Source: Minisyncoccia bacterium
Lineage (GTDB): Bacteria; Patescibacteriota; Minisyncoccia; UBA6257; 2-01-FULL-56-20
Direction: 5' to 3'
NCBI GenBank assembly: GCA_050008535.1
Contig: JBEKML010000001.1
Span: 327,050 to 391,049 of the forward strand
Length of the DNA: 64,000 nt
Shown here: positions 36,537 through 46,640 of the stretch, piece after piece
Layout of the letters: each line of letters starts with the position of its first letter
Numbering within the stretch: the first letter of the stretch is position 1
Notes under the pieces: generated by a model
The model's input: only the letters and a program-made list of their open reading frames with translations
Told to the model about the DNA's origin: nothing
Databases searched by the model: none
Made by a program: the position numbers and the translations under genes

Positions 36537-37781
36537 ATGAAGCTTAAGGGATTCTCCGGCGGCAATTTTGTGACGGGCCTGGATATCGGCACGTCTTCCA
36601 TTAAGGTGGCGGTTGCGGAACGGCGTGACGGGAAACCGGCGCTCGTCCATGTGCAAAAAGTTCCCTGCTTCGGCATGCGGAAAGGCGCCATCGTTGAAAT
36701 GAGCGAGGTTTCGCAGGCGGTCGCCCGCGCGCTCGCCGGCGTAAAAAAAATATCAAAAGCCGCCCTCAAAAACGTTTATATTTCCATCGGGACGCCGCAG
36801 GCGAAGATGCAGTCCTCGCGCGGGATCGTGGCGGTCTCGCGCGCCGATGCGGAGATCTACCAGGACGACATTGACCGCGCGGTGCGCGCCTCGCAGGCGG
36901 TGAACCTTCCCCAGAACCGCACGATCATCCATACGCTCACCAGGGAATTCGTTGTGGACGGCGTGGGGGACATCGTAGACCCCTTGGGCCTGTCGGGCAG
37001 CCGCCTTGAAGTGCAAAGCTTGATCATTGATGCGTTCTCGCCGCATATCAAAAACCTGATCCGCGTGGTGGAGCTCGCGAGCGGGGAAGTGAGCGGCCTT
37101 GTTTTCGGCCCGCTCGTCGCCGCGCGTGCGGCGCTCTCCAAGCGCCAGCGCGATCTGGGCACGGCGCTCGTGGACATCGGCTTCGGTACCACGGGACTTT
37201 CCGTTTACGAGGAGGGGAAGCTCGTCGGCGTCGCAAAGTTCCCGGTCGGCGCGGGAAGCATTTCAAATGATCTTGCGGTCGGCCTCAAGATCCCCGTTGA
37301 TGCGGCAGAAGAGATCAAATTGCACTACGGCTACGCGTTTTCAAAAGACGTGAGCACGAAGGAATCCGTTGAGCTCAAGAAATTTTTGCCCGACGCAAAA
37401 AACACGGTTTCGCGGCGCTTTGTTGCGGAAATAATGGAATCGCGCCTTGAGGAGATTTTCGATCTTTTGAACGACGAACTGAAGCTGCTCCAAAAATTCG
37501 GCGAATTGCCGGGCGGCGTGGTGCTCGTTGGCGGCGGCGCGAAGCTCCCCGGCATCACCGACCTTGCAAAGCAGGAGATGAAGCTCTCCGCGCAGATCGG
37601 TTTTGCGCTTGACGACGAGTGGGAATCCGACGGAGGTTCTTTCAAAGAATTTTTGGAAGACCCAGAATTTGTGAGCGCCTTCGGCTTGGTGCTTTGGGGC
37701 GTGGACGGCGAAGGGTGGACCAAAGAAGGTTCCTCTCCAAGTTTCAGCTTAAGAAAGATCATCCGCTATTTCACGCCGTAG
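36537..37781 (+). CDS. ftsA: cell division protein FtsA (actin-like ATPase)
   Basis: Phosphate-1 motif GLDIGTSSIKVAVAE. Actin-fold length. ATG at 36537 inside the longer ORF. Confidence 0.8.
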   Translation: MKLKGFSGGNFVTGLDIGTSSIKVAVAERRDGKPALVHVQKVPCFGMRKGAIVEMSEVSQAVARALAGVKKISKAALKNVYISIGTPQAKMQSSRGIVAVSRADAEIYQDDIDRAVRASQAVNLPQNRTIIHTLTREFVVDGVGDIVDPLGLSGSRLEVQSLIIDAFSPHIKNLIRVVELASGEVSGLVFGPLVAARAALSKRQRDLGTALVDIGFGTTGLSVYEEGKLVGVAKFPVGAGSISNDLAVGLKIPVDAAEEIKLHYGYAFSKDVSTKESVELKKFLPDAKNTVSRRFVAEIMESRLEEIFDLLNDELKLLQKFGELPGGVVLVGGGAKLPGITDLAKQEMKLSAQIGFALDDEWESDGGSFKEFLEDPEFVSAFGLVLWGVDGEGWTKEGSSPSFSLRKIIRYFTP

Positions 37782-37833
37782 CCGGTTTTAGGCACGCAGT
37801 TCGAATCAGGGGAATGCAGCACGATCCAACGCT

Positions 37834-38655
37834 ATGAAGATTTTCACATGGAACGTGAACGGGATACGGTCGATATTTAAGACCACGTTCCGTGACTGGC
37901 TTCAATCCAACGATCCCGACATAGTTTGTCTTCAAGAAATAAAAGCGGATTCCGAAGAGTTGGCGGAGGAGTTTTCCCAAATTGACGGCTATTATGCTTA
38001 TTTCAACTCCTCTTCTTTAAAAAAAGGGCATTCCGGGACGGCTGTCTATACGAAAATAAAACCTGTTTTAGTAGAGACAAAGCTAGGGATTGAACGATTT
38101 GACGATGAGGGACGCTGTCTTAAGTTGATATTTAAGGATTTTATCCTGTTCAATTTTTATATTCCAAACGGTAGCAGGGACAAGCATGACATGCCGTACA
38201 AGCTGGAAGTCTATAAAAAGCTTTTTCCAGTCTTTCGATCGCTTGCGAACAAAAACACGATCCTTGCGGGAGATTTCAATATTGCGCATACGGAACTCGA
38301 TGTTTACCATGCAAAACAGAATCAGAACAATACCATGTTCACTCCTGAAGAGCGGGAGCAAATCACCAAGCTTTTAAGTTTAGGATACGTTGACGCTTTC
38401 AGATACAAATATCCGGAGAAAAAGTCATATACTTGGTGGCCGTATATGAACAACCTGCGCGCGCGGGACATTGGCTGGAGGATAGATTATTTCTTTGTTG
38501 CCAAACCGCTTGAGCCCCTTATCAAAGATGCCTTTACCCAAAGAGAAGTTCTTGGGTCAGATCATGGGCCTTGTGGGATTGCCTTGAACAAATCCGCAGA
38601 GATTGCCGAACGACCGACCTATGCCAAAATAAAATCACCAGCAGAGCTTTTTTGA
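37834..38655 (+). CDS. xth: exodeoxyribonuclease III (AP endonuclease family)
   Basis: MKIFTWNVNGIRS N-terminus, LQEIK, and the C-terminal catalytic region EVLGSDHGP (D and H). Confidence 0.9.
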   Translation: MKIFTWNVNGIRSIFKTTFRDWLQSNDPDIVCLQEIKADSEELAEEFSQIDGYYAYFNSSSLKKGHSGTAVYTKIKPVLVETKLGIERFDDEGRCLKLIFKDFILFNFYIPNGSRDKHDMPYKLEVYKKLFPVFRSLANKNTILAGDFNIAHTELDVYHAKQNQNNTMFTPEEREQITKLLSLGYVDAFRYKYPEKKSYTWWPYMNNLRARDIGWRIDYFFVAKPLEPLIKDAFTQREVLGSDHGPCGIALNKSAEIAERPTYAKIKSPAELF

Positions 38656-38724
38656 AAACCTGTCCGAGATTCGACATCGCCTAGATAGGCCAGCCGGATT
38701 TCATTAAAAAATTCTAAAATGTTT

Positions 38725-38752
38725 CTTGACGGTGACGGCCGATGCGCTATAA
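38725..38752 (+). promoter_or_regulatory. near-consensus sigma70-type promoter (TTGACG-16nt-TATAAT)
   Basis: -35 TTGACG at 38725-38730, 16-nt spacer, -10 TATAAT at 38747-38752. Lies about 300 nt upstream of ftsZ. Confidence 0.5.
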
Positions 38753-38806
38753 TACCCTTGAGATGGGATAGTCTGTAATAGACGACGGACTAGTTCTCAC
38801 TTTCCA

Positions 38807-38843
38807 TGAGAAACGGCCACTTCGGTGGCCGCTTCTCATTTTA
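38807..38843 (+). terminator. hairpin plus U-tract about 55 nt downstream of the promoter (terminator/attenuator of a short transcript)
   Basis: GAGAAACGGCCAC TTCG GTGGCCGCTTCTC followed by ATTTTAT. A second T-run GCGTTTTTTAAGC lies at 38849-38861. Confidence 0.45.
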
Positions 38844-39069
38844 TATCAAGCGTTTTTTAAGCTAATTTTAATCACCTTTTTGCTATGGTTCGTTCGCCGT
38901 GGATCATGGGGCCGTCGTCCATTACAGTTAGGATCTCATCTTTGGAAAGTGAGGAACCGGGTGCAAATCCCGGCGGCTCCACGGCACAGGAGGGCCTCTG
39001 CGAGGCCCTCCTGTTTTGGCCGTATCCACAGGTGGCACGCCAGCGGAAGATTTGTTATTATTGAATCAA

Positions 39070-40356
39070 ATGGCCTCCTCCAAGAAGAAAGAAAAATTCC
39101 AGCCGCTCGCGACGAACGTCAAAGTGATCGGCATCGGCGGGGGAGGGGGGAACGCGGTCGCGCGGATGGCGCGCGACTTCATCCGCGGCGTTGATTTCGT
39201 CGCTATTAATACCGACCACCAAGATCTTGATCACTGCAACGTCAAACATAAATTATATATAGGGAAGGGGCTTACGAAGGGCTTGGGCACCGGCATGAAC
39301 CCGGACCTTGGCAGGCAGGCCGCGGAAGAGAATCGTTCCGAGATCGGCGAGCTGGTAAAGGGGGCTGACCTTGTATTTATCGCTGCCGGACTGGGGGGTG
39401 GGACGGGCGGCGGTGCGGCACCAATCGTCGCGGAAGCCGCAAAGCAGGCGGGAGCGCTCACGATCGCGGTGGTCACAAAGCCGTTCGCCTTTGAGGGAAG
39501 CCAGCGCGAGCGAATCGCGGCGGAAAGCTTGATGAAGCTGAAGGATAAGGTGGATGCGCTTATTGTCGTGCCGAACGATAGGATCTTTACCGTGATCAGC
39601 AAAGATACGCCGATCGTAAAAGCGTTTGAGGCGATTGATGACATATTACGGAACGCGCTGAAGGGTCTTGTGGAGATCATCGCGATGCCTGGCATCATCA
39701 ATGTCGATTTCGCGGATGTGAAAAATATCATGCAGGATGCGGGGGTCACGATCATCGGTGTTGCGACGGCGGGCGGGCAGGATCGCGCAGTGAATGCGGT
39801 GACCATGGCGCTTCACTCTCCGCTACTGGAGACGAGCCCCGAGGGCGCGAAGTCGGTGCTCTTGGGCATTTCGGGAGGTCGCGATCTGAAGATGACGGAG
39901 ATCAACGATGCGGCGAAGATTGTCGCGCAGACCGCCGACCCCGGTGCACGCATCATCTTCGGCGCTTATCACGACCGGAGTTTGAAAAAGGGACAGATCA
40001 AGATAACGGTGATCGCTGCCGGCTTCAACGGCGGCCAGCCGACGGCGCTTTTCGGTGCGCACTATGAACGGCAGGCAGGATTCGGCGGCCGTCCGGCGGT
40101 CATAAGCTCGTCGACCGTTATGGAAACCTTTCCCGCAAAAAAGCCCCAAGCGGAGCGGACCGGCGCAGCAAGCGGAGCGGGCTCCAAGGAAACAGCAGGC
40201 CGCAGCGACCGCGATGCCGGCATTTTCTCGACTTCCGATGTTCCCCCCGCCGCAAAATCCGGGGCCCTGGCCGACCAGAAGTCCGGCAAGGAAAAGAAAG
40301 AAAAAGAAAACGACGCGTGGGACATCCCCGCGTTCCTCCGGCGGAGGAAAAAATAG
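39070..40356 (+). CDS. ftsZ: cell division GTPase FtsZ
   Basis: Tubulin signature GIGGGGGNAV, T7 loop region, acidic C-terminal tail ending in a basic patch. ATG at 39070. Confidence 0.9.
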   Translation: MASSKKKEKFQPLATNVKVIGIGGGGGNAVARMARDFIRGVDFVAINTDHQDLDHCNVKHKLYIGKGLTKGLGTGMNPDLGRQAAEENRSEIGELVKGADLVFIAAGLGGGTGGGAAPIVAEAAKQAGALTIAVVTKPFAFEGSQRERIAAESLMKLKDKVDALIVVPNDRIFTVISKDTPIVKAFEAIDDILRNALKGLVEIIAMPGIINVDFADVKNIMQDAGVTIIGVATAGGQDRAVNAVTMALHSPLLETSPEGAKSVLLGISGGRDLKMTEINDAAKIVAQTADPGARIIFGAYHDRSLKKGQIKITVIAAGFNGGQPTALFGAHYERQAGFGGRPAVISSSTVMETFPAKKPQAERTGAASGAGSKETAGRSDRDAGIFSTSDVPPAAKSGALADQKSGKEKKEKENDAWDIPAFLRRRKK

Positions 40357-40372
40357 CGGCGCGCAGCTATCG

Positions 40373-41422
40373 CTACAGCAGTTTTTTCGGCTCGCTTTCC
40401 TTGTCCAACTCGGCGCTCGCGCCGATTTTTAATATGTCTTTGTCTAGCTTTCCGAATTCCTTGTAGGCGGTGTTGTAGGCATTCGTCGTGGTCGTAAGGT
40501 GCGAGCCGATCTTCTCCAAATATTCTTCGTAGCGTTCCAAGTGGCGTTGTAGTTCGCCGACATTTTTCCGGATTTGCTCGGCGGACTTATTGATCTCCAT
40601 CTGCCGGATCCCCTGAAGCGCCATCTGGAGATAGGCGTAGAATGTGGTGGGAGAGACGGGATAGACGCGCTTCTCCGAAGCGTATTGGATAAGGTCGCGT
40701 TCGGCTGCGGCGCCGATTTTGTTTATAAGAAGATCGTAATAGAGCGCTTCGGACGGAATGAACATGAAAGCAAAATCCAGCGTGTCCTCGGCGGGTTTGA
40801 TATATTTCGCAGTTTCGTCAATGCGCGTTTTGAGGTCCATGCGCAGGGCATCTTCGTAGCGCTTGCGTTCGTCATCGGAGGTCGCAGACGCAAAGCGATT
40901 GTAATTTTCCAGGCTGAACTTTGAGTCAATCGGGATCACGTGGTCCTGGTAGAAAATGACCGCGTCCACCTTTGTGCCGTCCGCGAACGGATATTGCAGC
41001 TGGTACGTGCCCGGCGGGAGTACGTTCTTCAAGACCATCTCCAGAAAATATTCTCCGAGCACGCCGCGCTGCTTCGGATTTTTCAAAATATCCTGCAACC
41101 CCTTTAACTGGTCCGCGAGCGAGGCGATCTGCTTCTGGCCCTCGGTCACCTTTGTGATCTCGCCCGTGATCTCTTTCACGATCTGGACGCTCCTGTCCGA
41201 TTGCGCAAACATGGTTTTTGTTGAATCGCCGAGCTGTGCAGTGAGCGTTCGTGAAAGCTCGTTCATCTGCTGCTGGATCTGTTTCTGCTGGTCCTGGATC
41301 TGGTTTTGGATAAGAAGCAATGCCCGATCGTCCTGTTTCGGCTCCGCCGCCCGCGGCCTCCAAAGCCGCCACGCGATTACGGCAAAGAGTACAATAACAA
41401 CGGCAAAAAGGGTGATTTCCAT
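40373..41422 (-). CDS. rmuC: DNA recombination protein RmuC family
   Basis: N-terminal TM helix, long coiled coil, and a C-terminal RmuC-like nuclease-fold region (FAFMFIPSEALYYDLL). Confidence 0.7.
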   Translation of the reverse strand: MEITLFAVVIVLFAVIAWRLWRPRAAEPKQDDRALLLIQNQIQDQQKQIQQQMNELSRTLTAQLGDSTKTMFAQSDRSVQIVKEITGEITKVTEGQKQIASLADQLKGLQDILKNPKQRGVLGEYFLEMVLKNVLPPGTYQLQYPFADGTKVDAVIFYQDHVIPIDSKFSLENYNRFASATSDDERKRYEDALRMDLKTRIDETAKYIKPAEDTLDFAFMFIPSEALYYDLLINKIGAAAERDLIQYASEKRVYPVSPTTFYAYLQMALQGIRQMEINKSAEQIRKNVGELQRHLERYEEYLEKIGSHLTTTTNAYNTAYKEFGKLDKDILKIGASAELDKESEPKKLL

Positions 41423-41496
41423 GAGGTTATTTTACCACTACGCGAGAGGCGGTGCGAGCCGCGCTGCCGGAGCGGATTCTGATAGAATGAGGATAT

Positions 41497-43290
41497 ATGA
41501 ATACAGAGGCGCGTGTTTGCGGGAATTGTAAACGTCAATTCGTCATTGAGCCGGAGGATTTTCAGTTCTACAAAAGAATAGACGTTCCGCCGCCGACGTG
41601 GTGTCCGGAATGCCGCCTTATCCGGCGGCTCATCTGGCGCAATGAGCGCACCCTTTATCGCCGGAAATGCGACGCGCCGGGCCACAACGAGACGCTCATC
41701 TCTTACTACCCGCCCGAAAAGCCCTACAAGGTGTATGACCAAGCGTATTGGTGGTCCGACTCATGGGACGCGGCCGACTATGGGAAGGAGTACGACTTTT
41801 CCCGACCATTTTTTGAACAATTGAAGGAACTTTTTCTGCAAGTGCCGCGTGCCCATCTTTCGGTCAATCATGCGACCATGATCAATAGCGATTATTCTAA
41901 TTGGGCCGGTGATTGCAAGAATTGCTATCTGGTAACGGATGCGGACTACGTTGAGGATTCCGCATATTGCTCAAGTATTTTTAAGTCAAAAGACTGTTTT
42001 GATTGCAACAATATTTCGGAATCCGAGCTTTGTTACGAGGGATATAATCTTGGAAAGTGCTATCGCGTCATTGCTTCGGTGAACTGTCGCGATTCCTCCG
42101 ACGTTCTTTTTTCAAAAGGGCTTGTTGGCTGTTCAAATTGTTTTGGCTGCATCAACTTGCGGAAGAAGGCATACCACATTTTTAACCAACCATATTTAAA
42201 AGAAGAATATTATCAGAAAGTTGGCTCATTATTCGACGGTTCCCGCGAATCTTTCGGACGCATGGTCGCCCAGGCCGAAGAACACTGGCTTCGATATCCT
42301 GCGAAACACCTGCGTGGAATCCGGAACGTAAACTCGTTCGGCGATTATATCTATAACTGCAAAAATGTGACCTACGGGTTCCACGTCACGGGTGCGGAGA
42401 ACAGCAAATATATCACCCTCATACACTCCCCGAACGTGAAAGATTGTTTTGATTACACCGACTGGGGAGACAATGCGCAATTAATATACGAAAGCATTGC
42501 ATGCGGGCTCGGCGTATCAAATCTAAAATTCTGCAACCTTGTGGTGCTCAATTCCAAAAACGCTTCCTATAGTTATTTTTCTTATGGTTGCTCCGATATT
42601 TTCGGCTGTGCCAATCTGCGGAAGAAACAATACTGCATTTTGAATAAACAATATACCAAACAAGAATACGAATCGCTCCTCCCGAAGATCATTGAACATA
42701 TGAATGCGATGCCCTACGTTGATAGCAAGGGGAGAACATATCGCTACGGCGAATTATTCCCTCCGGAACTCTGCGGTTTTGCTTATAACGAAAGCATGGC
42801 GCAGGAGTTCTTTCCGCTGAACCGCGAGGAAGCGCTCGCGAAGGGGTTTGCGTGGCGGGATCCGGATGAGCGCCCTTATCAATCAACGCTTTCTTCCGAC
42901 AAGGTTCCCCAGACCATTCACGAGGTGCCGGATCGGATTACTGATGAAGTTATCGCATGCGCGCACAAAGGCGCTTGCAAACAGAGTTGCACCGTGGCAT
43001 TCCGGATCGTTCCGCCCGAACTCCAGTTTTATCGGAGGATGAACCTTCCGTTGCCCGCTCTTTGTCCGAACTGCCGGCATTATGAGCGGTTGAAGCATCG
43101 GAATCCCCTGAAGCTTTGGCATCGCGAATGTTCCTGTGCAGGATCAAAATCAAAAAGCGGGGTTTATGCCAATACCATTGCCCATTCCCACGGTGCAAAT
43201 CCTTGCCCCAACGAATTTGAAACCAGCTACGCCCCGGATCGACCGGAAATCGTGTATTGCGAACAATGCTATCAGGCAGAGGTGGCCTGA
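41497..43290 (+). CDS. cysteine-rich hypothetical protein (597 aa) with homologous zinc-ribbon modules at both termini
   Basis: N-terminal CGNCKRQF...FQFYKRIDVPPPTWCPECRLIRRLIWRN and C-terminal CTVAFRIVPPELQFYRRMNLPLPALCPNCRHYERLKHRN are clear internal homologs. The central region carries many spaced Cys (DCFDCNN, GCSNCFGC, GCANLRKK). Confidence 0.5.
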   Translation: MNTEARVCGNCKRQFVIEPEDFQFYKRIDVPPPTWCPECRLIRRLIWRNERTLYRRKCDAPGHNETLISYYPPEKPYKVYDQAYWWSDSWDAADYGKEYDFSRPFFEQLKELFLQVPRAHLSVNHATMINSDYSNWAGDCKNCYLVTDADYVEDSAYCSSIFKSKDCFDCNNISESELCYEGYNLGKCYRVIASVNCRDSSDVLFSKGLVGCSNCFGCINLRKKAYHIFNQPYLKEEYYQKVGSLFDGSRESFGRMVAQAEEHWLRYPAKHLRGIRNVNSFGDYIYNCKNVTYGFHVTGAENSKYITLIHSPNVKDCFDYTDWGDNAQLIYESIACGLGVSNLKFCNLVVLNSKNASYSYFSYGCSDIFGCANLRKKQYCILNKQYTKQEYESLLPKIIEHMNAMPYVDSKGRTYRYGELFPPELCGFAYNESMAQEFFPLNREEALAKGFAWRDPDERPYQSTLSSDKVPQTIHEVPDRITDEVIACAHKGACKQSCTVAFRIVPPELQFYRRMNLPLPALCPNCRHYERLKHRNPLKLWHRECSCAGSKSKSGVYANTIAHSHGANPCPNEFETSYAPDRPEIVYCEQCYQAEVA

Positions 43291-43368
43291 GCTTGCTTAT
43301 CGTCGCGCTTTGTTATATAACCTTTCGTAGCTCCCCGGTTGAGATTGGGGACAGTTGGGAGGTGAACG

Positions 43369-43851
43369 ATGCCGGTCGAGATCGATCGGGGGCAGTATCA
43401 CGTTGCCCTGCAAACGCCCACTAGGGCACAGGTTCCTTGGCAGGACCTGATTACCAAGGTTCTCAATGCAGCCCTGATGTTTCTCTTTGGACTTGGACCC
43501 CGCTTTACCGACAAGGGTGGGGTGGCGGGGGCCATTCACGGTGAACCGATCGAGTTGCGCAACCGCGGCGACGAGATCGGCTTGGAAAGCGATTATCGGC
43601 CCAAGGAGAACCCGGAGTGCAAGCAGGTTCTCGATACCTACGAAGCGCTGCTTCGTGAGCTCTTTGAAGAGGAGCTCCACTTCGCCTTCGCCAAGTACTC
43701 GCCGGGCGCAATTCTGGAGATTTCCGACCAGGGAGAAGCCGGGAAGATCCTCTGGTTGGCGGTTGCTTACCGCTGTTCGATACAGACCGCCGACGTGGTT
43801 TTCCAGAGCCTCAGGATCCCACCGCCATTCAGGAGCGAGTGTCCGAGGTGA
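43369..43851 (+). CDS. hypothetical protein (160 aa)
   Basis: GGAGG 7 nt upstream of the ATG at 43369. The overlapping 248-aa minus-strand ORF is judged spurious. Confidence 0.45.
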   Translation: MPVEIDRGQYHVALQTPTRAQVPWQDLITKVLNAALMFLFGLGPRFTDKGGVAGAIHGEPIELRNRGDEIGLESDYRPKENPECKQVLDTYEALLRELFEEELHFAFAKYSPGAILEISDQGEAGKILWLAVAYRCSIQTADVVFQSLRIPPPFRSECPR

Positions 43852-43922
43852 AACTCCAAAATGAAATGGCGCGCTGGGAGACCTCGGCGCGCCAAATCTG
43901 TTTTTAATGATTTTAGGAAAAC

Positions 43923-43950
43923 AAAAATCCCGCATTGCTGCGGGATTTTT
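43923..43950. terminator. bidirectional intrinsic terminator between convergent genes
   Basis: AAAAATCCCGCA TTGC TGCGGGATTTTT: a stem flanked by an A-tract and a T-tract. Serves both 43369..43851 (+) and the RRM gene (-). Confidence 0.55.
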
Positions 43951-43978
43951 GTTGCTGCGAAACGAGCAGTCGCCGGAG

Positions 43979-44287
43979 TTACCAGCTGTTCTGCCGTCCG
44001 CCGCCGAAACCGCCACGGTCTCCACGGGGAGCGCGCGGTTCAAGGGGTTTGGCTTCGTTCACGGTCAACTTGCGGCCGCCGAAGTCCTTGCCATTCCACA
44101 TCTCGATCGCTTTCTGGGCGTCCTCATCGGTCGCCATCTCGACAAAACCGAAACCGCGTGAGCGGCCCGTCATCTTGTCGGAGATGATCGTGGTGGACGA
44201 AACGGTGCCAGCCTGCGCGAACGCGGCCTGGAGCTCGTCTTGCGTCGTGGTGTAGGGCAAACCTCCTACGTATAATTTTGTAGCCAT
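43979..44287 (-). CDS. RNA-binding protein (single RRM/RNP domain with Gly/Arg-rich tail)
   Basis: RNP-2 LYVGGL and RNP-1 RGFGFVEM. RGG-rich C-terminus. Confidence 0.85.
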   Translation of the reverse strand: MATKLYVGGLPYTTTQDELQAAFAQAGTVSSTTIISDKMTGRSRGFGFVEMATDEDAQKAIEMWNGKDFGGRKLTVNEAKPLEPRAPRGDRGGFGGGRQNSW

Positions 44288-44490
44288 TGATTCTTAAGAG
44301 CGTCAGAGCCACGCGAATTCGCCCGGAGATCCGGGATCGTTCTGCAAATTGACTCTTAACGCTCTATTCTTGTGCTATGTTTATGTAAGGCGACCTACTT
44401 CTCCTCTGCTTCTCCGCCGGGAAATGCCGGCAAAACGAAACCTACTAAGAACACTTACATCTCTTGTATTATACCCTATATGCCCCAAAT

Positions 44491-45366
44491 ATGCAAATGG
44501 CAATGACCACCCGGCGTTTTAGGGCCATTATATGGGCATATTATCGCCGTGCGGGGCGGAATATGCCCTGGCGGCGGACGCGCGATCCGTATCGCATTGT
44601 GGTTTCGGAAATTATGCTCCAGCAGACGCAAGTTGCGCGCGTGATGAAATTTTATCCAATTTTCATCAAAAAATTTCCTGATTTTCGGGCACTTGCACGC
44701 GCGCGGACGGCGGACGTGCTCCGCGCGTGGCAGGGGATGGGATATAACCGCCGCGCGCTCGCGCTTCAGCGGCTCGCAAAAATTATTTTAGAAAAATATA
44801 ATGGCCGGTTGCCGTGCGAGCGCGCGGCGCTCACAGCGTTGCCTGGAGTGGGGAAGGCCACTGCGGGCGCCATCCGCGCATTTGCGTGGAACGAGCCGGA
44901 GGTTTTCGTTGAAACGAATATCCGCCGAGTTTTCATCCATTTTTTCTTCCCGGTCCGCTCCGGGCGTGCGGGGCGTGCGCGGAAGGTAACCGACGACGAA
45001 ATAATGCGTTATATCAAACGCACCCTGCCGCAAAAGAATGCGCGCGAATGGTACTGGGCGCTCATGGATTACGGAGCAATGCTTGGAACGGCCGCAAGTC
45101 GGGTTCTCATGAGAAGCGGCCGCGCTATAGGCCGAAATCCGAACCGAAACAGCGCCCATTATAAGAAGCAATCGCGGTTCTCGGGTTCGGATCGCGAATT
45201 GCGCGGAAAGATATTGCGCTTCTTATTGCAGAGAAAAAAAGTTTCCCGTGAAGCTCTTGTAAAAGAAACGAAAAAGCCCGCCGTAAGGGTCCGAAAAATC
45301 ATCGCGGCACTGGAACGGGAACGATTTATAGAGAGAAAGGGGCGTTTTGTATCTATTTCGCACTGA
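44491..45366 (+). CDS. HhH-GPD base-excision DNA glycosylase (MutY/Nth-like)
   Basis: MutY-like N-terminus (PWRRTRDPYRIVVSEIMLQQTQV) and HhH-GPD motif LPGVGKATAGAIRAFAWNEP. ATG at 44491 (the ORF opens at the TTG at 44464). No obvious C-terminal 4Cys cluster. Confidence 0.7.
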   Translation: MQMAMTTRRFRAIIWAYYRRAGRNMPWRRTRDPYRIVVSEIMLQQTQVARVMKFYPIFIKKFPDFRALARARTADVLRAWQGMGYNRRALALQRLAKIILEKYNGRLPCERAALTALPGVGKATAGAIRAFAWNEPEVFVETNIRRVFIHFFFPVRSGRAGRARKVTDDEIMRYIKRTLPQKNAREWYWALMDYGAMLGTAASRVLMRSGRAIGRNPNRNSAHYKKQSRFSGSDRELRGKILRFLLQRKKVSREALVKETKKPAVRVRKIIAALERERFIERKGRFVSISH

Positions 45367-45380
45367 AATCCGTATTATCT

Positions 45381-46604
45381 ATGTATATGCGCACAAAGAT
45401 CGCATTGGCAATGGCAATAGTAGTGGTTACTGCGGCGGTCCTGCCTGTCGTTTTTTCGGCAGGCACGGTGGGCGCCGCGAGCACCACAACCGCCGCCGCC
45501 GCAAAAACACCCTTCTATTACGGTGTTTGGCTGCCGTTTTGGAAAAGCCAGAACGGCGCATTAGATATTTCCATCAATCTTGATTCGCTCCACGAAGTGA
45601 GCCCTTTTTCTTATGAGATGAATTCAAAAGGGGCGCTGGTTGATGATCTGAAGATCGGGAATGGTTCGTGGGACGGCTGGCTCGGGGCCGTACATGATGC
45701 CGGCGTGAAGATCATACCGACCATTGCGTGGTTTGACGGGCCGTCCATCTACCGCTTGCTTTCCAGTACCAAAAAGCGCCAGGCCGAAGAAGATACGGTT
45801 ACCGCACTCGTGAAATCCAAAAAATTCGACGGCATAGATATTGATTTTGAAAGCATGACGACGAGCACCAAGCCCTATTACTCCCTTTTTATACAGGGCC
45901 TTGCAATCCGCTTGCATCCCGCAAAAAAGACGCTCGCGTGCACGATCATCCCGCGCACGCCCGTGAGTTCGCTCTATGAATCAAATCCGTTGCCGACCGT
46001 GCAATATGCGGAGGATTATGTTGCGCTCAACAAATACTGCGACGAGGTCCGCGTGATGGCGTACGATCAGGGAACAATAGATCTAAAACTTGACGCGGCG
46101 AAGGGCAATGGCACGCTCTATGCGCCGACCGCCGATCCTGCGTGGGTGGAAAAAGTGATCAAAAATACGATCGCCACGATCAGCCCGAAAAAGATCATGT
46201 TGGGAATTCCAACCTACGGTTATGAGTATCAGGTCTCGTGGCTTATGGGCGCGACCACCTATGAGCGCGTGCGCAGTTTCACTTACTTTGATGCCATGGA
46301 TCGCACGGACGGCTTAGGCATCACGCCTTATCGCAACAACGCCGGGGAACTTTCGTTCACTTTTTCCTCAAGCACGCACGTCGAAAATGTCGGACCGGCG
46401 CTCACTTCCATTGTCGCTTCTACGCTTCCGACCGCCCTCGCGGCGACCGATCCAAATGCGTCAACGACGTTCTTTGTTTCGTTCAGCGATGCCCAATCAA
46501 CGGCGGACAAAATTGCTTTAGCTAAGAAATACGGGCTCCGCGGGGCGATGCTCTTCAAGGCGGACGGGCTTCTGGACCCTGCGACGTGGGGGATTATGCA
46601 CTGA
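45381..46604 (+). CDS. secreted glycoside hydrolase family 18-like protein
   Basis: Signal peptide. GH18 catalytic motif DGIDIDFE (DxxDxDxE). Confidence 0.65.
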   Translation: MYMRTKIALAMAIVVVTAAVLPVVFSAGTVGAASTTTAAAAKTPFYYGVWLPFWKSQNGALDISINLDSLHEVSPFSYEMNSKGALVDDLKIGNGSWDGWLGAVHDAGVKIIPTIAWFDGPSIYRLLSSTKKRQAEEDTVTALVKSKKFDGIDIDFESMTTSTKPYYSLFIQGLAIRLHPAKKTLACTIIPRTPVSSLYESNPLPTVQYAEDYVALNKYCDEVRVMAYDQGTIDLKLDAAKGNGTLYAPTADPAWVEKVIKNTIATISPKKIMLGIPTYGYEYQVSWLMGATTYERVRSFTYFDAMDRTDGLGITPYRNNAGELSFTFSSSTHVENVGPALTSIVASTLPTALAATDPNASTTFFVSFSDAQSTADKIALAKKYGLRGAMLFKADGLLDPATWGIMH

Positions 46605-46640
46605 AGCCGGATCTTCGTGCCGGACGGTATAGTATAATGG

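Noticed and set aside
43297-44043. 248-aa minus-strand ORF overlapping the 43369..43851 plus-strand gene
   Set aside because: The plus-strand ORF has a GGAGG Shine-Dalgarno at the right spacing, and a terminator follows it. The minus ORF would overlap both that gene and the terminator and has Arg/Pro-rich antisense-like composition.
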